DNA of 64,000 nucleotides from a bacterium (lineage in GTDB: Bacteria; UBA8248), in the NCBI GenBank assembly GCA_965219955.1, contig OZ244799.1, positions 1,696,001-1,760,000 on the forward strand, written 5' to 3'. The notes under the pieces are model-generated. The model was not told the DNA's origin and made no database searches. It was given only the letters and a program-made list of their open reading frames with translations. Positions within the stretch are counted from its first letter, which is position 1. Every line of letters begins with the position of its first letter. The position numbers and the translations under genes are program-made. This document shows, piece after piece, positions 55,946 through 64,000 of the stretch.

Positions 55946-56338
55946 ATGGCGAAACAACAAATCAACTCCGATAAGGTAAAGCCGGTCGCCGCGTATTCGA
56001 CGGGCTGGAAGGTATCGAACGGACATCTCATCATGCTGGCGGGACAGGTGGCGGTCGACGTGGACGGCAACACCGTCGGAGGCGACGACATCAGGGGCCA
56101 GACCCGGCAGGTGTACGAGAACATCAAGTTCGCGCTGGAGGCGACGGGCGCCGGGATGGCGGACATCATCCGCCTGACCGTCTATATCACCGACCCTGCG
56201 AATGTCCCGGGGTGCATGGAGGTGCGGCAGACATATTTCAGCGAGCCGTACCCGGCGAGTACGCTCCTGGTCGTGAGCGGCCTGGCGAAACCCGAATGGC
56301 TCATCGAGATAGACGCGATCGCCTTCGTGGAAGACTAG
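55946..56338 (+). CDS. Rid (YjgF/YER057c/UK114) family protein
   Basis: LAGQV, QTRQVYENI, PAST and LIEIDAIA motifs. Confidence 0.88.
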   Translation: MAKQQINSDKVKPVAAYSTGWKVSNGHLIMLAGQVAVDVDGNTVGGDDIRGQTRQVYENIKFALEATGAGMADIIRLTVYITDPANVPGCMEVRQTYFSEPYPASTLLVVSGLAKPEWLIEIDAIAFVED

Positions 56339-56342
56339 AAGC

Positions 56343-57197
56343 ATGAGCAGCCGCAGGTCCATCGCCGAAACGCTCGTGCTCGTCAAGGGAGGCGGCGACC
56401 TCGCCACCGGCGTGGCGCATCGTCTGCACCGCGCGGGTTTTCCGGTCGTGATCACCGAAATCGAAAACCCCACCATGGTGAGGCGCACCGTCTCCTTCGC
56501 CGAGTGTCTGTATGCGGATGGGTGGAGAGTGGAGGGCGTGACCTCCGCCCGCGCGGCCGGCGAGACGCCCGCGGAAAAAGCAGAGAACGCGCGCGCCATT
56601 CTTGATGCCGGTTCGGTTCCGGTGATGGTGGATCCGCGCGCCGAGGTGGTCGCTCATCTTCGGCCCGCCGTCGTGGTCGATGCGATTCTCGCGAAGCGAA
56701 ACCTCGGCACGCGCATCGACGACGCGGAGGTCGTTATCGGCCTGGGGCCGGGATTCACGGCGGGCGTCGATTGCCACGCCGTGGTCGAGACCTCCCGGGG
56801 ACACGACCTGGGACGTGTGATCCTGGAGGGCGCCGCGAAGCCGAACACCGGCGTTCCGGGCCCGATCGGCGGCTACACCACCGAGCGGCTGCTGCGGGCG
56901 CCCAAAGCCGGCGTATTCACCTCCATCGCCAAAATCGGCGACGCGGTGCGCGCCGGAGAGGCCGTCGCCCGCGTGGACGACGCCGAAGTGACCTCCGCCA
57001 TCGACGGCGTTTTGCGCGGGCTCCTGAGAGACGGCATCGAGGTGAGCGCGGGCTTCAAGGTGGGCGACGTCGACCCGAGGGCCGAGCCCGCCCATTGCCA
57101 CACGATATCGGATAAATCGCGCGCCATCGGCGGCGGCGCGCTCGAGGCCATCATGATGTTCCTGTTCGGCGTTTCAGCCATGGAGTATGCGAATTGA
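56343..57197 (+). CDS. yqeB: Selenium-dependent molybdenum cofactor biosynthesis protein YqeB
   Basis: VKGGGDLATGVA, VDAILAKRNLGT, IGLGPGF, VETSRGHDLG, KVGDVDPR and ISDKSRAIGGG motifs. Confidence 0.9.
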   Translation: MSSRRSIAETLVLVKGGGDLATGVAHRLHRAGFPVVITEIENPTMVRRTVSFAECLYADGWRVEGVTSARAAGETPAEKAENARAILDAGSVPVMVDPRAEVVAHLRPAVVVDAILAKRNLGTRIDDAEVVIGLGPGFTAGVDCHAVVETSRGHDLGRVILEGAAKPNTGVPGPIGGYTTERLLRAPKAGVFTSIAKIGDAVRAGEAVARVDDAEVTSAIDGVLRGLLRDGIEVSAGFKVGDVDPRAEPAHCHTISDKSRAIGGGALEAIMMFLFGVSAMEYAN

Positions 57198-58078
57198 CTA
57201 CCGAAATATTGAGTGAAACCGTGGAAAACGGCGCCTACCGCATCGGGCGCAGCGAAATCCCCATCAACGAGACCAACGGCAACTCCTTCGTCCCCCCGGC
57301 GCAGTTCTATCTGGCGGCGGGCGACGCGCTCGAGCGAATCGCGTGGGCGGTGAGCAGCAACCTGCCCGTCCTCCTCGTGGGGGAGACCGGCGTCGGCAAG
57401 ACCCTCTCGGTGCGCCACCTCGCCCACATGACCAACAACGGCTTCCGGCGCGTGAACCTGAACGGCATGACCACGGTCGATGAGTTCGTGGGCAAGCTGA
57501 TGATCAACGAACAGGGCACCTACTGGGTGAACGGCATCCTGGTCGACGCCATGGAATCGGGCGACTGGCTGCTCATCGACGAGATCAACGCGTGCCTGCC
57601 GGAAATCGCCTTTTGCCTGCACAGCCTGCTCGACGACGACCGCATGATCGTCTTGTCCGAATACGACGGACGCATCGTCAAGCCCCACCCGAACTTCCGG
57701 CTCTTCGCCAGCATGAACCCGCACGAGGACCGCAGATACGGCGGCACCAAGCCCCTGAACGAGGCGCTTCTGGACCGCTTCCCGGTCACCGTGAAGATGA
57801 ACTACCTGCCTTTCGAGGCGGAAGTCGAGGTCATCATGCAGCAGAGCGGGAACCACGATGAGGAACTCGTCAAGCGCATGGTGCGCGTGGGCCACGACGT
57901 GCGCGAGGCCATGCAGAACGAAAAGGTGTTCTGCACGTTCAGCACCCGGCGCCTCATCGACTGGGCGCGCATGGCGGCGCAGTTCGACCCCATGGAAGCC
58001 GCCGTCTCGACCATTTTCAGCAAGGTCAACTCTTTCGACGCCAAAGTGCTCGAGGACATCGTAGACAACCACTTCTAG
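57194..58078 (+). CDS. MoxR-clade AAA+ ATPase (CbbQ/NirQ/NorQ/CobS-like)
   Basis: Walker A GETGVGKT, Walker B LLIDE, ASMNP, LNEALLDRF and C-terminal FSTRRLIDW; TTG start overlaps the yqeB stop. Confidence 0.88.
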   Translation: MTTEILSETVENGAYRIGRSEIPINETNGNSFVPPAQFYLAAGDALERIAWAVSSNLPVLLVGETGVGKTLSVRHLAHMTNNGFRRVNLNGMTTVDEFVGKLMINEQGTYWVNGILVDAMESGDWLLIDEINACLPEIAFCLHSLLDDDRMIVLSEYDGRIVKPHPNFRLFASMNPHEDRRYGGTKPLNEALLDRFPVTVKMNYLPFEAEVEVIMQQSGNHDEELVKRMVRVGHDVREAMQNEKVFCTFSTRRLIDWARMAAQFDPMEAAVSTIFSKVNSFDAKVLEDIVDNHF

Positions 58079-58092
58079 CCGGGAGATGAGGC

Positions 58093-59865
58093 ATGGAACG
58101 CCGACGCGCCCGTCTCGAAGCGCTCGCGCAGGTGACCGCGCACGATTACGACCTCGCCCTGAACTTCGGCCCCAAGGCGAAGAACGGCGAAGACGCCATT
58201 CACGTCGAGGACCCCGAACAGACCCTGGCGCGCCTGGGCGGCGGACTCAACGACGAGCACGTCTTGAGATTCCAGAAGGGCATGACGCTCATCGAGGTGG
58301 CCCACAAAATCCACGGCACGTTCCCCTGGGCGGGCCGCGCCGCGCTCGCGAACCGCGAGAGGCCGGGCTTGTTTCACATCTGGCACACGCTCGAGGACGC
58401 GCGGTGCGAAAACCGCCTCGCGGAATCGCTGCCCGGCACCAAGAAGAATTTCCGCGCCTTCATCCTCCCGGCCATCGAGGCGGCCCAGCGCAACCAGATG
58501 AGCGGGCAACTCCCCCTGTTTCTCCAGATCCAGTGGGGAATCTACCTCGCCGGGATCGGGCAGACGCCCGGCGTCCCCTCCTCCCGGCCCGGGGATTTGC
58601 CCGCGGCCTGGTTCGATACCGCCGTCGTTCAGATTTTTCACAGGCTCATCCCGCTGGTAGACCGCGCCTGCGCCGCCGATGACCCCAAAACCGCCTTCGA
58701 TTGCGCCAACGAGATTTATGACGCCATCCAGCGGTATCTCACCGAAGATCAACTCTCCCGGATGAGCGACGATCAGGATTTATCGGAAATTCCCGAGGAA
58801 ATTCTGCAGAAGATCGAGAGCCAGAACCTGGAGGGCGACGATGACGAAGCGCTCGAGATGCTCCACCCCGAGGCGGCGGAGGAAATCGACGAGGAAGACG
58901 TGGGCGAGCAGGTCGAACTCAGCCCCGAGGAACTCGCGGCGCTCGGGCACTGGGCCGCGCCCTGGTTCGAACTCGAAGGGAACAAGAAGGAAATCCACCC
59001 CACCGCCGAGCACCCTGATGAGCGCACCATCGTGTTGCCGCCCGAGGGCAAGGCCGAGGAATACGCGGCGGTCATCGACAACGCGGGCAGCCACATCAAG
59101 GTGCTGGTGTGGAAGCTCATGCAGATCATCCAGGAGAGAACCTATACCCGGTTCAGCGGCTCGCACCGTTCGGGCAAGCTGAACCTCCCGAAGCTGTGGA
59201 AGCAGCGGCTGGGGAAATTCCATCTCTTCCACCGGAAAGAAGAGCCCGAGAAGCTCGACGTGTGCTTCACGCTGCTCGTGGACGAGAGCGGCAGCATGAA
59301 CCGCGAGTCGAAGTACATGGCCGCCAGGGAAGCGACCATATTCTTCGCCGAGGCGCTCGACCGCCTCGACGTGCCCTTCGAGGTCATCGGCTATTCCACC
59401 GAGAGTTCGGAAGCCGCCATGGCGGCGGCCCTCGGCCACATCCCCGCGTTCAAGTTCCGGCACATCCGGCACTCGCCGCTCCAGCACCGCATCTACAAGG
59501 GTTTCGAGGATCATTTCGCCCAGGTCAAGAACAGGCTCGTCAACATCTACCCGCGCTTCAACAACTGGGACGAGGAACACCTGCTCTTCGCCTACCGCAG
59601 GCTCATCCAGCGGCCCGAGGAGGAGAAAATCATCATCATCACCTCCGACGGCCAGCCCAACGGGGACGCGACCCACCTCGTGAACACGGTGAACCGGCTC
59701 CAGAAGCTCGGGGTGCGCGTCATCGGCGTCGGCGTGGTGGACCCCTTCGTGGAGCAGATCTACCCCAACCACATCGTGGTGCAGGACCTCTCCCAGCTTT
59801 CCACCGAACTCGTGAACATCCTGAGGCGCGAATTGCTCGGCGGCCTGGAGAGCCGCAATTGGTAG
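58093..59865 (+). CDS. vWA domain protein (CobT/NorD/CbbO-like AAA+ partner)
   Basis: MIDAS DESGSM and TSDGQP, an acidic linker, and an N-terminal LEDARCE motif. Confidence 0.85.
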   Translation: MERRRARLEALAQVTAHDYDLALNFGPKAKNGEDAIHVEDPEQTLARLGGGLNDEHVLRFQKGMTLIEVAHKIHGTFPWAGRAALANRERPGLFHIWHTLEDARCENRLAESLPGTKKNFRAFILPAIEAAQRNQMSGQLPLFLQIQWGIYLAGIGQTPGVPSSRPGDLPAAWFDTAVVQIFHRLIPLVDRACAADDPKTAFDCANEIYDAIQRYLTEDQLSRMSDDQDLSEIPEEILQKIESQNLEGDDDEALEMLHPEAAEEIDEEDVGEQVELSPEELAALGHWAAPWFELEGNKKEIHPTAEHPDERTIVLPPEGKAEEYAAVIDNAGSHIKVLVWKLMQIIQERTYTRFSGSHRSGKLNLPKLWKQRLGKFHLFHRKEEPEKLDVCFTLLVDESGSMNRESKYMAAREATIFFAEALDRLDVPFEVIGYSTESSEAAMAAALGHIPAFKFRHIRHSPLQHRIYKGFEDHFAQVKNRLVNIYPRFNNWDEEHLLFAYRRLIQRPEEEKIIIITSDGQPNGDATHLVNTVNRLQKLGVRVIGVGVVDPFVEQIYPNHIVVQDLSQLSTELVNILRRELLGGLESRNW

Positions 59866-60686
59866 CGGAAGACGACGTCGTTCGCTCCCTCGGGGTCGCG
59901 CCGGGCCAGAGCGTCGCGGCGGTCGGCGGAGGCGGAAAGACGAGCCTGCTGACGGCCATCGCCAGGCAGTTTCATGCGCAAAGCGGAAAACCGGCGATTC
60001 TCACGACGACGACGAAGATTTTCGCGCCGCTCCCCGAGGAAGGGCTCGGGCTCGCCCTGGGCGACATCGATACGCTCTCCAAAAACCTCCGCCCCTACAC
60101 GGGCGCGTGCGGCGTCTCGTGGTTCGCCCGCAGCCGCGAGGGAAAAGCGCCGGTTCCGGGCCGGGAGAGCGAGCGGCGCATGAAGCTGAGTGGATTTGCG
60201 CCCTCAGAAATCGAACGCCTGAAGCTCGCCGACGCCCTCACGCTCATCGAGGCGGACGGCGCGAGGAGACTGCCCATCAAGGCGCCGGGGCCTGATGAAC
60301 CCGTATTGCCCGAAGGCCTCGACGCCGTATTGGGCGTCGTGGGACTCGACGCGCTGGGCGCGCCATTGAGGGAGTCGCACGTTTTTCGCCCCGAGGCGCT
60401 CGCTCGAATCTGCGGCCTGGGGTCCGGTGAGGAGATAACGGCCCAAGCCGTCGGGAGATTGTGCGCGCATCCTGATGGTCTTTTTCACAAGGCGGAGGCC
60501 GGCGCGCGCAAATGGATTATCTTGAACAAGGCCGATCTGGAAACCTCGCTGGAAAAACTCGAAAAAACGGCCTATACTATATGGGAGTTGGCCGGAAAGC
60601 CTCATGGTCCGGCGGACGGCATCCTCTTCACATCTTGTATGAACAACGAATGTGAAGTATTCATGCGGATCGCATCGGATACGTAG
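59859..60686 (+). CDS. yqeC: Selenium cofactor biosynthesis protein YqeC
   Basis: VGGGGKTSL, LTTTTKI, IEADGARRLPIKAP...EPV and ILNKAD motifs; TTG start with a GGAG RBS overlapping the vWA stop. Confidence 0.85.
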   Translation: MVAEDDVVRSLGVAPGQSVAAVGGGGKTSLLTAIARQFHAQSGKPAILTTTTKIFAPLPEEGLGLALGDIDTLSKNLRPYTGACGVSWFARSREGKAPVPGRESERRMKLSGFAPSEIERLKLADALTLIEADGARRLPIKAPGPDEPVLPEGLDAVLGVVGLDALGAPLRESHVFRPEALARICGLGSGEEITAQAVGRLCAHPDGLFHKAEAGARKWIILNKADLETSLEKLEKTAYTIWELAGKPHGPADGILFTSCMNNECEVFMRIASDT

Positions 60687-60717
60687 CGATCATCACTTCA
60701 CGTAGGCGGAGCAAGCA

Positions 60718-61863
60718 ATGAGCAAGGACGTTTTCAGGGAAATGGCGAAGCTCAAGGGAGACGGCCAGAGCGGCGCGCTCGCCACCGTCGTGGCCCGCAA
60801 GGGGTCCGCGCCCATGAGCGGCGATGCGAAGATGCTCGTGCGTGAGGACGGCAGCACGGAAGGTACCGTCGGCGGCGGTTGTCTCGAGGCCGAGGTGTGG
60901 GAAACCGCGATGAGCGTCCTGGAAACGGGCGAACCCGAAAAGCTCCGCTTCGACCTCACCCAGCAGGAAGCCGAAGACAGCGGCCACATCTGCGGCGGCG
61001 TGGTGGAGATACTCGTGGAGCCGTTCCAGGCGTTTCAGGCGGATTTGCTCGATGAGATCAACCGCATCAGGAACCATGGCGGCAGCGCGGCGCTGGCGAC
61101 CATCGTTCAGCCGGGCGATCTCGACGTCCCGGCGCCGGAAGCAAGAAAAATGCTGTTCAGGCGCGACGGCAGCGCCTTGGGCGAGATTCCCAACTATTCA
61201 ACGGAGATATGGGCGGAGAGCACCCAAATCATCCGCAACGGCAGCCCCACGCTCCTGCAGTTCAACACGGACGCCGCACGGGCAGGCGGGAAAAGATCCA
61301 CGCTCGAAGAAGCTACGGAAATTTTCGTCGAACCCATATCCGGCCAGCCCCTCGTCTATATCTTCGGCGGCGGGCACGTGTCGTTCTGCGTCGCGCAGGC
61401 GGCCTATCTCGCTGGCTTCAGGGTCTCGATCGTCGAGGACAGGCCCTCGTTCGCCAACAAGGAGCGCTTCCCGATGGCGGAGTCGTTCTTCGTCGGCGAA
61501 TTCCCCGATATTTTCGAGAAAATCCCGGTTGACGAGTCCGACTACCTGGCCATCATCACGCGGGGCCATTCGAACGACGAGGTCGTCCTCGAATGGGCGA
61601 TGGAGACGCCCGCGCGCTATATCGGGATGATCGGCTCCAAGAGCAAGGTGCTGCTCACCTATCGCCACCTCCAGGACAAGGGCTACGACAGAGGCGAGCT
61701 CATCGAGCGCGTCCACGCGCCCATAGGTCTCGACATCGGCGCCGATACGCCGGGCGAGATAGGCGTCGCCATCGTCGCCGAACTCATCAGGCATCGCCGT
61801 CAGGGCGAGGCGCAGAGTGAGGGCACGGGCAGCAAACGGGTGCAACTCAGAAGAAAATCTTAA
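60718..61863 (+). CDS. xdhC: XdhC/CoxF family molybdenum cofactor insertion chaperone
   Basis: GSAP, GTVGGGCLE, ICGG, FGGGHV, YIGMIGS and HAPIGLDIGA.TP.EI motifs. Confidence 0.9.
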   Translation: MSKDVFREMAKLKGDGQSGALATVVARKGSAPMSGDAKMLVREDGSTEGTVGGGCLEAEVWETAMSVLETGEPEKLRFDLTQQEAEDSGHICGGVVEILVEPFQAFQADLLDEINRIRNHGGSAALATIVQPGDLDVPAPEARKMLFRRDGSALGEIPNYSTEIWAESTQIIRNGSPTLLQFNTDAARAGGKRSTLEEATEIFVEPISGQPLVYIFGGGHVSFCVAQAAYLAGFRVSIVEDRPSFANKERFPMAESFFVGEFPDIFEKIPVDESDYLAIITRGHSNDEVVLEWAMETPARYIGMIGSKSKVLLTYRHLQDKGYDRGELIERVHAPIGLDIGADTPGEIGVAIVAELIRHRRQGEAQSEGTGSKRVQLRRKS

Positions 61864-61944
61864 AGTTCCACGCCGCAATCGGCCCATACGAGGGGGCCGC
61901 ACTCCTTATTACCCGGGACCCGAAGCGAGCATATCGCAAGAGTC

Positions 61945-62700
61945 ATGGGTTATCTCCGCAGGCTCATCGGCGCAGCGACGGACTTCCTCATCCCCCCGAA
62001 GTGCCTCTTGTGTTCGGCTTCGATGGAGATCGGCGCTCCCCATGCGATATGCGCCCCCTGCACGGAAGCCTTCGAGCGCTTTGAACCCCCCTGGTGTCCC
62101 AGGTGCGGCAATCCTTTCCACTCCCTGACCACCCTCACCCATTCCCCGGCCCACGTCTGCGCGGATTGTCTGGAAAGCGGGCATCACTACGACATGGCCC
62201 GCGCCGTCGGCGCGTATGAGGACTCGCTGCGCGAAGCGGTCCACCTCTTCAAGTTCCAGGGCTTCACGAAGCTCGCGCGCGAGTTCGCACCCCATCTCGC
62301 AAAACTCGCGGCAGAGGAATTTGGTACCGGAGAAAACGCCCGAAACGTATTGGTGACTCACGTGCCCATCGACCCCGCCCGCTGGAGGACGAGAGGCTTC
62401 GATCAGGCGATGCTGCTCGCCCTCATGACGGCGGAACGTCTGGGCGTCCCCCACATGGACCTCCTCGAGCGCGCGAAGGCGACCCGCTCGCAGACGGGCC
62501 TCTCCGCAAGGGAGCGGCGCCGCAACATGCGGGGCGTCTTCCGGGTTCGCGCAAACAAGGCGAGTCCGGAAATCGAGGCGGCCACCTGCATTCTGGTAGA
62601 CGACGTCGTCACGACCGGCTCGACCGCCTCGGCCTGCGCCCGAGAACTCAAAAAAGCGGGCGCCGAAGCCGTGCACCTGCTGACGATATGCCGATCTTGA
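61945..62700 (+). CDS. comF: ComF family protein (double zinc ribbon plus PRTase)
   Basis: Four CxxC pairs, RGFDQA and LVDDVVTTGST. Confidence 0.9.
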   Translation: MGYLRRLIGAATDFLIPPKCLLCSASMEIGAPHAICAPCTEAFERFEPPWCPRCGNPFHSLTTLTHSPAHVCADCLESGHHYDMARAVGAYEDSLREAVHLFKFQGFTKLAREFAPHLAKLAAEEFGTGENARNVLVTHVPIDPARWRTRGFDQAMLLALMTAERLGVPHMDLLERAKATRSQTGLSARERRRNMRGVFRVRANKASPEIEAATCILVDDVVTTGSTASACARELKKAGAEAVHLLTICRS

Positions 62701-62974
62701 GAGGCGCTTTTGTAGCGCGACCTGTCCCTACGGGTTAGGGCATCAAAAAGTCACAAGCAAAAATAATGAAATCAAGCAAATATGACGCAAGCCGTAAAAA
62801 CTATTTCGTTGACAACAAATAAGTTGACAACAAATTTGTTGCATGATTGCATTCGACGGATTTGTCGAACCGTAAGGAGATTTGCGCAAGGAAATCTTAT
62901 GAAATCATCCACTGTTCGCATGAGAGTTTTGCGAAGAATACGTTTGAGTTCCAGGGAAAGATAAGGGATATAAA

Positions 62975-63802
62975 ATGCAAGATCAGTACGTGGGTGATGT
63001 AGGAGATTTCGGCAAATATGGTTTGCTTCGCGCAATCACACAACCCAGCATCACGAAGACAGGCGGATCAGAAACCTTGAGTCTCGGCGTTGTCTGGTAC
63101 CGCCATCCCGACGAACAAAACAACGATGGGAGCAAAATTAATTATCTTGGGACCTCCAAGCAAGCTAACTTTCGGAGTTGTGATCCGGAACTGTATGACT
63201 GCCTAGCTAAGATCGTAAGATATGACCCCTGCACAAAGACCGCGAAGGGCAACAGGAAGATATCAAGAATTGAGAATAGCAAGACACTCGGCTCCAAAAC
63301 CCGTTTTTGGGGCAAGACATGTCCTAGTGGAGACCCTGTTGCTCGCAAAAAATGGCACCGAGAAACATTGGAAAATTTGAAGAAATGCGACTTAGTATTC
63401 CTAGACCCAGATAATGGCCTGAGTCTGAAATGCGACCAACAGTCTGTCAGTGGAAAACATGCGTATCTCGCGGAGGTGCTGAGCTTTGTTTCTCAAGGAA
63501 ACGCAGTAATTTTCTACCATCACCCTGACAGGAGAAAAAATACTCTCACCGACAAATCGTCACACGACAGGCAAATTGAAGACCTTGCAAAATATATTGC
63601 TCGCAAATTAGATAACAATCATCATGTGTCGGCTTTTCGCTATCGAAGAGGCACTTCTCGAGCATTTTTCGTCATTTGGCCCGTAGCTCGGGGTGAAGTG
63701 TTCAAGCCCCGAATTCAAGCAGTAGGAAATGGTTTATGGAGCAAGAAAAACCATTTCGAACTTACCGTGACTTCTTTACGTGGGAAAAAACGCACAAAGT
63801 AA
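62975..63802 (+). CDS. Hypothetical protein, low GC
   Basis: 275-aa ORF; MQDQYVGDVGDFGKYGLLR and DLVFLDPDNGL resemble a methyltransferase-like conserved hypothetical family. Confidence 0.7.
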   Translation: MQDQYVGDVGDFGKYGLLRAITQPSITKTGGSETLSLGVVWYRHPDEQNNDGSKINYLGTSKQANFRSCDPELYDCLAKIVRYDPCTKTAKGNRKISRIENSKTLGSKTRFWGKTCPSGDPVARKKWHRETLENLKKCDLVFLDPDNGLSLKCDQQSVSGKHAYLAEVLSFVSQGNAVIFYHHPDRRKNTLTDKSSHDRQIEDLAKYIARKLDNNHHVSAFRYRRGTSRAFFVIWPVARGEVFKPRIQAVGNGLWSKKNHFELTVTSLRGKKRTK

Positions 63803-63820
63803 CAAAAACGCAGGAGTTTA

Positions 63821-63845
63821 GGCGGACACAGAGGTCCGCCCCTAC
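63821..63845. repeat. Single GTAG-type REP
   Basis: GGCGGACACAGAGGTCCGCCCCTAC, the same type as 25854-25879 and 27816-27840. Confidence 0.75.
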
Positions 63846-63891
63846 GACTAAATATGAGACCTGTGTTGCCAGCGTTACTCCAGAGTTTCAC

Positions 63892-64000
63892 TTACCCTCC
63901 GTCGTTTACAACCATCCTCGCCGCGAGGATGAGCGCATCGGCCATGCTGGAGGGGTCGGCAATACCCTGCCCGGCGATGGGGAATCCCGTCCCGTGCTCG
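63892..64000 (-). CDS. pdxA: PdxA family (4-hydroxythreonine-4-phosphate dehydrogenase), C-terminal end
   Basis: EHGTGFPIAGQGIADPSSMADALILAARM* resembles the PdxA C-terminal DHGTAFDIAG.G.A motif. Confidence 0.75.
   Translation of the reverse strand, partial: EHGTGFPIAGQGIADPSSMADALILAARMVVNDGG

Noticed and set aside
57194-59865. Cobaltochelatase CobS/CobT, Rubisco activase CbbQ/CbbO or NorQ/NorD
   Set aside because: The families are similar, but there are no cob, cbb or nor genes in the window and the pair is coupled to yqeB/yqeC.
59109-60686. 525-aa ORF suggesting a long YqeC fusion
   Set aside because: The first 250 codons overlap the vWA gene out of frame; a TTG start with RBS at 59859 fits YqeC.

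Overview
GC-rich bacterial chromosomal segment made mostly of core genes: trpE (partial), truA, uvrA, a TCA cluster (icd-mdh-fumAB-sucCD-ndk), rsmA, lepA-lepB, a DegQ-type protease, dGTPase, alkA, gdh, transaldolase, the pyrR-pyrB-pyrC-carA-carB operon, two PPIases, mfd, rodZ, aroF, comF and pdxA (partial). Gene order, an ankyrin-repeat gene and abundant intergenic palindromes are compatible with a Nitrospinota/Tectomicrobia/deltaproteobacteria-like, possibly host-associated organism; this is inference only. Highlights: (1) a selenium-centred region at 50.3-61.9 kb, containing an unannotated UGA-readthrough UGSC selenoprotein with a clear SECIS-like hairpin behind two acyl-CoA dehydrogenase paralogs, and a tightly coupled rid-yqeB-AAA+-vWA-yqeC-xdhC operon that suggests an AAA+/vWA chaperone dedicated to selenium-molybdenum cofactor maturation; (2) a DUF3800 gene preceded by a three-way-junction RNA; (3) an accessory stretch at 25-29 kb of orphan antitoxins and other cassette-like genes, several ending at a GTAG-type REP, plus MITE-like shells that carry REP cargo; (4) three attenuators missed by the ORF track (Trp leader, Phe/Tyr leader, PyrR site). 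No rRNA, tRNA, CRISPR array, transposase or integrase was seen. All calls come from reading the sequence by eye; no searches were run.
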